The notes under the pieces are model-generated. The model was not told the origin of the DNA, did no database searches, and saw only the letters and a program-made list of their open reading frames with translations. Position numbers and translations under genes: made by a program. A stretch of 61,121 nucleotides of DNA, filler included. It is 14 parts of 14 records of this genome, joined end to end, with 100 filler letters (N's around TTAATTAATTAA, not from the genome) between each part and the next. Parts side by side here need not be neighbours in the genome. Positions count along the whole stretch, not along the records: positions 8,420 to 15,273 come from SRR15195285_2786; positions 15,374 to 19,935 come from SRR15195285_2787; positions 20,036 to 24,066 come from SRR15195285_2793; 11 more parts are not named here. One strand, written 5' to 3'. This document shows, piece by piece, positions 11,401 through 21,219 of this stretch (positions are counted from its first letter, which is position 1; each line of letters begins with the position of its first letter).

Positions 11401-14400
11401 TTGCACTGGAGCCAACTGCAATTTCGATCAACTCGACGCGGCTGATTTCATCATAGGCTTCCCATATACACGCAAGGCTCGTGTACGCTGCATTATCGTA
11501 TACTCCTTGGGTAGGGTACCCAGCGCGCACCCATGTGACTACTGGGGGTGACGAATCGATGGTCATGGCACCGGGAGAAATGGCGGATGCCTCGAGGCCT
11601 GCCACGTTGACAACACGCACTAGCCAGTGGTATGAGGCGCCCTCGATGCCTGTCACCGTGGAGGTCGTGGTAAACCTGCCATCTGCCGACGTTAAGCGAA
11701 CAGGCTGTGCTGGCTGAAAGTCTGACCCACCGCGGAACGTGCCGAGGGCGACCTCTACAGTGGCAATTCCGTCTGTGGGAACACTCGTAACGTCTTCACG
11801 GAGCGTCCATTCTGCTTTGAAGGTTTGGAATGCAGTCTGATATGTGGCCTCAGAAAACACCTGTACCTGCGTTGGATCAGCCCTGAAACCAAACCCACGA
11901 AGTGTCAGCTCGGGTGGAGTGGTGTCCACGCGCACAAAGTCTTGCGAGTCCAAACGAGCCCGCGCGCCTGCATTGTTGACTGCCACTATGATCGGGTAGT
12001 AGCTAGCCATACCAAGAATCAGTGGAGCGGATGCAAGCTCGACCTGATGCGTCACGTTGCCTCTCCAAGGCACCCACTGAAATGGAATCGTCGTCGGTGT
12101 CTCGCCATTGCCAGGAGCATCTGACCAACCGACCTCGTAGTGGTGAATGCCACTCTCCCAGTCGTAGAAGTACCACTCTGCCGTCAAGGTTTTTGTGGAC
12201 TGCTGGTACGGTGAGTCAGGTCTGAGCCACGCAGTCACCCTGTCAGGGGCTGTATTATCAAGCACCCACCCATCGCTGACCTGGGTGGCCGAATGCCCAG
12301 CTCCGTCAAAGCATACGACCTCTGTGATATACCGGTGGCCTGGGATGAATTTTTCCAATTTGAATTCCACGGTCGCAACGTCAGGTCCAAGCTCGACGGT
12401 CTCCTCCACGTGGCTTCGTGGAGGATCCTCACGGTCGATGCGGACCAACATGACCACGTATCCAGAAATTCCTGACGTAGCATCAGAGAAACCTGACCAG
12501 CTGGCCTTGGCAACTGGATATGCTGTCCAGTCAATGTCAGTGGTTCCGCCACCATCAATGACAACAGCGCGAACTGTCGAGGGAGCCAGCTCATCGGCCA
12601 AGAACGGGCGTGATGAGAACCCACCGAGCATACCAAGTGTATTGTACAGCCGTAGATCAGCATAGTAGATGAAGCCATGCAACAGTGGAGAGGCCAAATC
12701 CCGTGACAAGTCCAAGCTGGCATTGCTTGCTTGGCCCACAGCGATCCATCCCGTGGCAGAAGCACTCCCGCCCGCGCCGAAGCTCAACCCGATTGAAGCA
12801 CTGGCGAAGCCACTCTCGGGGTCCTCGGGATGCCACTGCATCACCAAAGTCTCGAACCGAGAGATTATTTCGCCCCCACCCACTCCGCTGCGTGTCGACA
12901 CTGTCCATCCCGACACCATCGGCGGAGTGAAGTCAACCATAAAACCATCGGAGGGTGTGTCTGTCGTTAAGCCAGCCTCGTTGGTGGCCACGATATGCGT
13001 GTGATAAAGTAAACCGTGCTCCAGCTGCGCAGAGACCATTACATCGTGCTGCACGTTCTCAGGACCGGGATTGAGAGGAAAAGGGCTCATGACGATACGC
13101 GTTCGATCGACCTCATCTGTCGTCACACTCATGCTAAGTGCGGTGATTCTTGTCTCCGGGTCGTGATATTGGAACGACACCGAAACCCTGCCTTGTTCAC
13201 GTTGGACATCTATGTCTTCAGAGTCAGCAGGACCGTCTTTGACAAAATCTACGACAGGTGGGGTGATTTCAACTGTCATACCATCGCTCTCTACCATGTT
13301 ACTCCATGCGCCAGCGCGATTCCTGGCCTTGACACGCACGTGCACACGCTGACCAGCCTGCAGGTCCAGCCCTGTGAACGCTCCGTTTTCACCGTAACCA
13401 CGAACTTCAACTTCGGCTTCTACGTCACCATCGATCACGAGCTGCACTTGATACAGGTCTATGTTGCTCTGTGGGTCGTAGAATAAGCTGGGCCAGTTAG
13501 CCTTCACCGAGGTCCGATCGACCTGCCAGTTGCGGTCATATGAAGGCCCGTCGCGCACTTGCTTGCCTGGGCGTTGACCAGGTTCCGTGACATCCCACAT
13601 GACACCATTCGCTACACACTGAGTCCACCTGCCACCAGCATCATGCGCCTGCACCGTCTGAAAATACCACTGGAACGCTTCGCCACCACTTCCTTCTTGG
13701 CCGAGTTCATCTTGCAGCCAATCTCGGTTGTCATCTGGGTTTACCCTGCCGGTCAGCCATGGACCTGGTGTCACATGATTCTGCGGGGCGTTTATTCCAC
13801 TGAGACGTTCAGCGAACTCGCCCGAGCTATGTGAGGCCGGATGAGTAAGCCTGGTTTTGGGGACCATATCTGTGTCACCAAACGAAGTTCCAACAGCCCA
13901 CGTAAAATGCGTGATGGGGCGATTTTCGTTGGGAAACCGGTCGTCAGTGATGCACCAGTGTGCTGACAGCGGTTTGTCAAGCTCACTTTCGAACATGCGA
14001 TCGTCAGGTTGGAACTCAGCATTATCGACGACTTGCATTTCGCACACCGGTGGGTCTGGGTCTGGCTCCACTCCGTCGGAACCAGCTTCAGAAGTCCATT
14101 GAGCTTCATTCGTACCGCGGACGTATGTACAGTATCGCTCGCTGTATGCGGTAAGTTTCAAATTGGTCCATGTCTGACTGCAGTCTGCAGGTTGCAATGT
14201 GGGACTGATCGCATGCGGTATAGTACCAGCACAAAGCATGCCGACCTGTGTCCATGGAACGAGCTCCGTCTCGTCCTCCTTGCAACCAGTCATGTACGCG
14301 TCATCAGGAGCGTTCAAACCAAGCAGATCACTTCTGCTACCGATTCCTGAGCAGACGCCGCAGTCAGTGATCCTGTACTCGTACTTGACGATTACCGACT

Positions 14401-15271
14401 CCGGATCGTACCACTCCACCCAGCGTGTCATCTTTGTGTTCAAACTCGACTGAAAGTCCGCGTCCCCCGTCCCATCATCAGCATCGCCGACGACTGGCGA
14501 GCCGTCCCAGCTGAAAATTGGGCACGCTTCGCTGTCGTCGCATGGTGCCATGATGTCGTAAACCGCCCGGGGCTCGGGTGGTGTGAGGTCAATAGTGACC
14601 CCGTCGGTGGTGTAGCAGCCTTCGTAACCCAACGAATCGAGCAAGCACACTGTGACACAAAACGTCTGTGCATGCTTCAGACGCATCGCGTGTGTGAAGA
14701 TGCCAGGGTGGCTGTTCGGCTCGAAGGTTTCAAAGGTCCTGACATCATCTAACACGCCAGTGCTGTTGAGGCCACATGTACCGATTCCCCAAGTGCCTGT
14801 CGTAATGTTCGTAACGTCCGTGACTGAGTCGTAACGCGCCGTGAGTTCCGTTTCGTCGCGCTGTGCGTCCTTGTCCGAGGACAAGAGACCATCTTGCAAT
14901 CCATTTGGAACTGGTGGCCCAGCGTCATACATTTTGCACAAACCAGCACCTGAGCACAGAGGGACGCTATTGCACGCCTGCACGTTGATGCACGCCAGTA
15001 TCCCATCGGGTATTTCCAGCTCTTCGTCAAAGAAGATGGCACCCATTTCATCAGCAGGGACTTCGATTGCTCCTACAAGACCATCCGTTCCGAGGGCATT
15101 ACCAACAGTGATAATGAAGTGGCTGATTGTGCTCTCTTCTTCTTCCCAGCCAGTCCACGAGATTGTAACAGTACCTTTCTTCTTCACCCACTCAACCTCG
15201 CCTTCACCGATCGGTGGTGTTGTGTCCGGCGTTTTGAACTCCTTCTCGTAAATCAGGTACAGGTTGTCAGG
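8420..15271 (-). CDS. Fragment (>2280 aa, single exon, open at both ends) of a giant extracellular protein made of tandem FN3/Ig-like repeats
   Basis: Frame is open across the whole contig. About 19 units of ~110-130 aa, with consensus DxTPP..V.DG...D.D......W..F.D.ESGI..Y....G......N.AG....SDG. Confidence 0.85.
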
Positions 15272-15373
15272 TGNNNNNNNNNNNNNNNNNNNNNNNNNNN
15301 NNNNNNNNNNNNNNNNNTTAATTAATTAANNNNNNNNNNNNNNNNNNNNNNNNNNNNNNNNNNNNNNNNNNNN

Positions 15374-15882
15374 GAGCCATACCATTTCGTGTAGCTCTAG
15401 CGCCAGGCTACCCAGTGGCATGATAGGCATCTTATGCGAAGCTAATCGGCAGTGCCCAGATTGGGTACAGGAGTCCAAAGAGCACTCTGAGACTGTTACC
15501 AGATTGCAGTTCGCGTTTGCCATCCCGATTTTCAATCCTGACGCGGGAACAGTGCCCAGCCTGGACACCCCATGGCAGCGGATTTTACAACAACATCTCG
15601 ACGGTGACGGTCTCACTTGACCCAGATTTGAATTACACATTGTCGGATGGCGCTGTCTATGGATTCGTACGTGTCGATATGTACGGACAGTCCCCCGAGC
15701 CACACCCGAAGCACCCAGAGTGGGACGATTTTAAGAGTGTGGAGGGGAGTTTGGCTTGGGCAGGGCAGTGGATGCACGCTGCGAGAGGCAGCCGGGGTCG
15801 CAAGGTGCTCAATACTCCACAGGGCAGCGGGTGGCCATGGGCATGGGGCAGGAGCCGGTGGTTCGCAACACGCAGGCGGTAG
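15374..15882 (+). CDS. Possible 3' end of a hypothetical protein (exon structure unresolved)
   Basis: Protein-like reading QCPAWTPHGSGFYNNISTVTVSLDPDLNYTLSDGAVYGFVRVDMYG ends at TAG 15880-15882; no family recognised. Confidence 0.3.
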
Positions 15883-16544
15883 GAGAGTAACAATGAAACG
15901 ATTGCATGCAATCGCCTCTCCCTCGACTGCCAACGGACATGATCACCCACCAGCATTGCGTCGAATATTTGGCGCGACGCAACCGACTGGGACAACCGGC
16001 GGGTCCGCGTCTCATGAAAATTCTGACAGAAAGAGGAACTCCAGTTGCACGAGTGCAGTGGCGCATTGGTTGCTGCAACGGCATACTAGTGAAATTAGCT
16101 GATACTGACCAGTTCTGATGATGTTGTTCAAGAATCTGAACTCCGCTGCCTTCAGGCAAAATGCCTGTGCTCATGCTGCAGCGCCTAGCAGAGAGCTTTG
16201 CCTCCCGCCGAAATTGACAGCCTTATGCCCTCTGTCATCTGTCATCTAGGTCCTCTGCCACAACCAGCCATTGCTATTCTGCCGTGGTTGCCACCAGCGG
16301 ATTATCGACGTCAGCTTTCCTGCCCCCGGATTCGTTATCATCCACCATCAGCTTCTTTTGCATCGACTTGATCGCTTTTGTGAATATGCCGGCCCACCTT
16401 CTTGAAGTATCACGTCCTACTCGAGCACGGCGGCGTTTCGAGTTGGATGCCTAATTTCATCTCTAGGAAAGCCTAGAAGGACAATTTTTCACTATCTCTC
16501 ACAGCGGTCGACTAGACGACGACCCGTTCGGCGGCTTCACTCAA

Positions 16545-18002
16545 TCAGGCATTCAACCTGCGCTTCTTCGTTTCTGCGCCCGCATAGATCTTGATCGCTC
16601 TCTCCACTGGTGCGCGACACAGGGGGCACAATGGGGCTGCTGCCGCAGCCGCATTCGCTGCCCCAGGCGTGCAGAGAGTGAGTGCACAAGCAGCGCAGAG
16701 GCACTTGTGGCCACACGGCACGGCTGCCATCGTCGCCTCATCGTCCATGCAGATCACGCATTGTTCTGTCTCGGCCTCTGCTTTCGCGCCTTTCTTGCCT
16801 TTCTTAGCCTCGGCAGCTTGAACGTCCAGTGCGGTGCAGACAGCCTGAGCTGCGGCAATGATCTCCGCAGTGGTCGTCCCCGTCTTCGTAAGCATCTCAG
16901 CCACTGGCTGCAAAATCTCACGCGCCTGAGCCACCTGCTCTGCTCGTGGTGTTGCGGCGGCCGGCATGACCGGTTTCCCGGTTGCAAGCTCCCGCATCTC
17001 TCTTTCCGCTCTGCTAGCCGCCTGCGCAGCACGGGTCTGCTCATCCGCCGCACGAGCTTGTTGTTCCCGCTGCAACCTCTCCCGTTCTGCCTGATCTCGG
17101 CGTGCCTGCTCCGCCGCTTGAGATGCTTGTCGTTCGAGCTCACGCTCACGCACCCGCTGTTCGTTCGCAAGTCTAGCCTGCTCTCGCGCTGCTGCCTCAG
17201 CTGCCAGGCGTTCCGTCTCCACTCGCTGCCTTTCGCGTGTGTCCCACGCCGCGATCTCTCTGTTGCGCAGCTCACGACGCTGTTTCTGTGCTGCATAGAA
17301 TTTGGACAGTGCTGACGTCAGCTTATCCGAAACGTTCTGACTCGCAATATATCGATTCGGCCGAATCACAATCCACGAACCGCCGGGGCCCTCTGCGACG
17401 TTTAGCACATCATCGTGGCCACCGTTCTGCAGCTCATTTCCCAAATGCTCACCAAGACCACACCACTCAGTACCCTGGTTGTCTTGTATCCAGTATCCGC
17501 CAACCTGCCGCTTTGACAGGCGCACGGCCTGCGTTACGTTTTCGCGCATTCGCTTCATGAGGTGCCCCGCAGAGTCGGCAGCGCCACTATCCAGCCAGCC
17601 GCCGCCTTCCGTGACGAGTATTCCATGGCCGGAAGGGCCAAAAGCCATCGACACCGGGACCTCTTGTCCAGTCTTCTGCCTCAGAGATGATTCATTGGCT
17701 ACCCCGCCCCACCAGCAGTGCCCCCGGCTTTTACTCGGTTTGGCGGATGCCTGGATGAACCACTGCTCCTGCATTCCAAAGGCCGCGACGTCCGCCGTGC
17801 GATCCTTTTTTGCGAGGTTGTTCATCTGTGTTGCCATTGCAGGGGGGATCTGCTCCCAGTGATGCTCTTGCCACTGCCTCGTTCCATCGTCGTGGTTCAG
17901 GACGAGTAGCCACTGGACACGACCATACGCATCGGCGCCACCGAGCTCGACGCTCACCACGCGGCTTCCATCTGAGCCGGTGATCGGCCTAGGGCGCTCC
18001 AT
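16545..18002 (-). CDS. RING-HC (C3HC4) E3 ubiquitin ligase-like protein with Trp/Gly-rich N-terminal domain and coiled coil
   Basis: Intronless 485-aa ORF. C-terminal CVICMD...VPCGHKCLCAAC...CPLCRAPV, central E/R/A/Q coiled coil, terminal KKRRL basic signal. Confidence 0.85.
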   Translation of the reverse strand: MERPRPITGSDGSRVVSVELGGADAYGRVQWLLVLNHDDGTRQWQEHHWEQIPPAMATQMNNLAKKDRTADVAAFGMQEQWFIQASAKPSKSRGHCWWGGVANESSLRQKTGQEVPVSMAFGPSGHGILVTEGGGWLDSGAADSAGHLMKRMRENVTQAVRLSKRQVGGYWIQDNQGTEWCGLGEHLGNELQNGGHDDVLNVAEGPGGSWIVIRPNRYIASQNVSDKLTSALSKFYAAQKQRRELRNREIAAWDTRERQRVETERLAAEAAAREQARLANEQRVRERELERQASQAAEQARRDQAERERLQREQQARAADEQTRAAQAASRAEREMRELATGKPVMPAAATPRAEQVAQAREILQPVAEMLTKTGTTTAEIIAAAQAVCTALDVQAAEAKKGKKGAKAEAETEQCVICMDDEATMAAVPCGHKCLCAACALTLCTPGAANAAAAAAPLCPLCRAPVERAIKIYAGAETKKRRLNA

Positions 18003-18617
18003 ATGGCTGCCCCTGCTTCCAGCCCTCTAGCGGCAATAGACAGCCGGAGCGGTCCTGGAGACGAGTCTGTGACACACTGAACCCCAGGGCCGCTCGTTGC
18101 TCGATTTCTTTGCTCTTAACTGAAGCAAAGTCGCCGGTCCTGTTGTTGACCGCGCGCCGGCGCGGGGTCGCCGTTACGCCGGGTTGCTGGTGCGCCCGCA
18201 CGCGCGCGCGCGCGCACGCATTGGCATTCCTTTGAGTTCACAGTCGACACAGCGGCTCCTAGGATCCTATTAGCTAGAGTCCTAGAGGGACAAACGGACA
18301 ATACTTTGGAAGTGATGATGTAAAGGTTAGTTGGCGCGGGCGGGATGGCATGGGCCGCGACCCCTCGGCCCTAACTTCCGAAGGCAGCCCAGTCAGATGC
18401 GGCCAGAATCAATTTTAATCATAGCAAAACTCTACTTACTTCGTATAGTATGTACTCGATGTGCCCCCAATCCCGATAATAAAAACCCCATCCTCAATGC
18501 CGCTCGAGGCGACCCTGAACCTCTTGCACAACGCTATTGCAGCTGCTAATGCATCATATCCCCCATTCAATCGCAAGGAAAAACCGCGCGCCCTTGCGTC
18601 ACGGCTGCGATCGAAAT

Positions 18618-19901
18618 TCACACCACGCTTTTTCGCGCGAAGAGTGAGAAGATTAGGAGTCGTGCCCATACGTCTGCCCTTTCTTTGAACATCATCATGA
18701 GAGCCGACCCGAGAACCTACACCGTGGTGACATGGCATGAGCAGGTAGCTAGTGAGCACAACTCGGGGCGGGCTGGTCCAATGCCAATCGCATCCAAAGC
18801 TGCCGCGTGCAAGCACGCGCGAATTGATTTACGCACCCCTTGCGTTAACTGCGGCACGATCCCGTTGTATAGCCCTGCAATACCCTCAGTTTTGAGCACC
18901 GATATTACGATCGTCCAGAAGGACTCGTTGCGCAATTCGTGCACAGATGACTGCTGCACATTCTGCGGCACGCGAATTGGATAGCAAAGTAAGTCCGCGA
19001 CGGCCCGTGACACCGCCCCAAGAACAAACGAGGCCACAGGAGTAAGCGTCTTGCTGCCGTCGCCCAGCCATGCCAAGTAAAAACGTTTGCCTTGGTCAAA
19101 CCCCGTGTATTGGATTGCCGGCATCACACTGCCGAATAAGTACGCAGTCCACCCCTGTGTACACATTCAAGTGTACGACACGTATGAGGCAGTTGCGCGC
19201 AACCGGTGACGGAAGAAGGCAAGCTTCTCGCAGCTGACAGAACAAAAGAAGCTGCAAGTACACCTCTGTGCCAAGGAATCGTACCTGATAAAAGCCAGCG
19301 ATGCCAGAAGTGCTATAGATTTTGCGGAACATAGTACCAAGGCCCTCGCCCTCAGACTGTTGCATGCTCATCAGCTCCAGCGGGACCACCAAGAATATAC
19401 AGCACACGTCGCCCAAGCAGCCGATCACGAGGTTCATCAACACGCCCAGCGGCCGCCCTGAGAGCACTTTATACAGCTGCTGCAGGAGCGCGTACGCGTA
19501 GAAGTAGTTGAGTTTCTGTCCGAATGTGCGGAACAGCCGCGGCCCTAGACCCTGCGCCAACACAGACAAGCCGGAAAAGGTGGTCTTTGGTGTTCAGTAA
19601 GGGCGACTGCGACTAGCGCACTGACCCGCTGGTCCACTAGTTGTCCGTGGTCCCAGGCAATACATCTGACCCTCTGATACGCAGGCCACACAAACAAGCG
19701 CAAGTACTGCCGTACCATGTACACTCCCCCGATCCCGTGCGTCTTCAGCGCACTCGTGAGGATGCTGGTCGCGCTTTCGTCCGGGCGCTTCACCGACAGC
19801 CGCAGTTTCATCCAGTCCAAGGGGTAGATGATGACCTTGGCCGCAACGGCGGAGAGCGCGCCTGAAAACGCAGTGGCCAAGCTCTCCAGCCCAGCGCTCA
19901 T
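18618..19901 (-). CDS. SLC25 carrier, peroxisomal adenine-nucleotide/CoA carrier (PMP34/ANT1-like); 4 exons
   Basis: Three carrier repeats (YPLDWMKLRL, VPLELMS, YPIRVPQ) and GIAGFYQG, PAIQYTGFDQ, GIVPQLTQGVLGSALMMMFKE. Introns 19552-19715, 19155-19284, 18717-18836. TGA at 18618-18620. Confidence 0.88.
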
Positions 19902-20079
19902 GGCGAGCAGCCTCCTCCTCCGTCCAGCCGCCCTGNNNNNNNNNNNNNNNNNNNNNNNNNNNNNNNNNNNNNNNNNNNNTTAATTAATTAANNNNNNNNN
20001 NNNNNNNNNNNNNNNNNNNNNNNNNNNNNNNNNNNCTGGTGGCGCTGCTGCTGCTGCTGCTGCTGTTGTACCACAGTAG

Positions 20080-20511
20080 CACTTCTACGGGCACGAGTAC
20101 TTCGACGACGTGTTCGTGATTAGCAATACCATCAACAATGACCAGACCTCCCGCTTCGTCCGTGAGCATTTTGATGTCGAAGACCACTACAATGACAACA
20201 TGATCGACGTGCTGGTCGAGCGCCAGATGAGCTACAAGAAGAAGGATCAGCCGGAAGTCGCTCTGATATTGGACGATATCCTCGGATCCTTGAAGTCCGG
20301 CTCGCGTGTCAATACGCTCAGTGCGCGTTTTAGGCATTATAACATCAAGCTGCTCTTATTCAGCACCCAGGTATTCCGGTACGTGAGCAATATAGTGCGG
20401 CAGAATACCACCAACCTCATCGTGGGCAGCCCGTTCCCCAACCGCAGAGAGCTCAACAAGATCGCCGAGGAGTTACCACAGTATTCGAGCTCTACACGGA
20501 CGCCGACCTGA
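20080..20511 (+). pseudogene. Fragment of an A32/FtsK-HerA-family viral DNA packaging ATPase
   Basis: FYGHEYFDDVFVISNTINND, Walker B ALILDDIL, arginine motif RFRHYNI, LLFSTQ, and IVRQNTT. The Walker A region is missing (in-frame TAG at 20077-20079) and the frame breaks after KIAEE. Confidence 0.82.
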
Positions 20512-20898
20512 GACCGTCCAGCTGACCTTACCCACCGGCTACCACAGCGCGACCAACATCTGCGAGCTGCTGACGGAGCAGCTGCACAAGTCTACCACGC
20601 CCCAGGAGGTGAGCACCTACAGCCTGTCGCTCAGCGCCCCGACGTACCATCCGTTCCAGTGCGCCAATCCCACCAACTACAGCCACACCAAGTACACTAG
20701 CGCTGACAAGTGGGTGCCGTACAAGTTCGTCGGCATCCTCGACCCCGAGCTGTACATCGCCGGCTACAATCTGGGGTACAACCTTATTCGGAGCTCGACC
20801 AGGACCTCCGTCACAACCGACTTCCACTACACCACCACCAACCTGCAGCTGTTCCAGCAGCTCTTCGACGCGCAGGCGTGGCGCAGCGACCTGATCTT
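20510..20898 (+). pseudogene. Fragment of a putative viral structural (minor capsid/penton-like) protein
   Basis: ETVQLTLPTGYHSATNICELLTEQLHK...TYHPFQCA...YKFVGILDPELY...NLQLFQQLFDAQ. The 'LPxGYxSxxxIxxxLxxQL' segment resembles PLV/virophage minor capsid proteins (recognition only). No start codon of its own. Confidence 0.5.
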
Positions 20899-21219
20899 TG
20901 CTGTTGTACCACAGTACCAGGCCTGCATCATATCTGTTAGATCTTCTGGGTCCACGTCGTCATCGCTGCTGTGCATATAAACACATACACGTATAGACAC
21001 AAACTACCGGTAGTACATGGGTATTTCTACGCGCAACGCATCTTCAAGGAGCTTGGCCAAGCTAACTGCACTGCTGAGAGGCTACGACACAGAATGCCAG
21101 CTAGGAGCCTGCAGAGCATGATTTGCATGCAAAGGGGGCGATCGGCGAGGCAGGAAAGGCAGAAATCGAAAGAAGATCTCGCCACAATCTTAAATGTATT
21201 GTTGGCCCACCACATAAGT

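Larger units (their letters stand above)
20061..20916 (+). mobile_element. Degenerate endogenous viral segment (Polinton-like virus/virophage-type) flanked by an 18-bp direct repeat
   Basis: TGCTGTTGTACCACAGTA at 20061-20078 and 20899-20916, with core TACCACAGTA also at 20474-20483. The enclosed DNA encodes two virus-like gene pieces with strongly C/G-ending codons and no introns. Confidence 0.7.

Noticed and set aside
18300-18600. Possible snoRNA or other ncRNA in the RING/carrier intergenic region (TGATGA box)
   Set aside because: No convincing partner D box with terminal stem or recognisable guide sequence.
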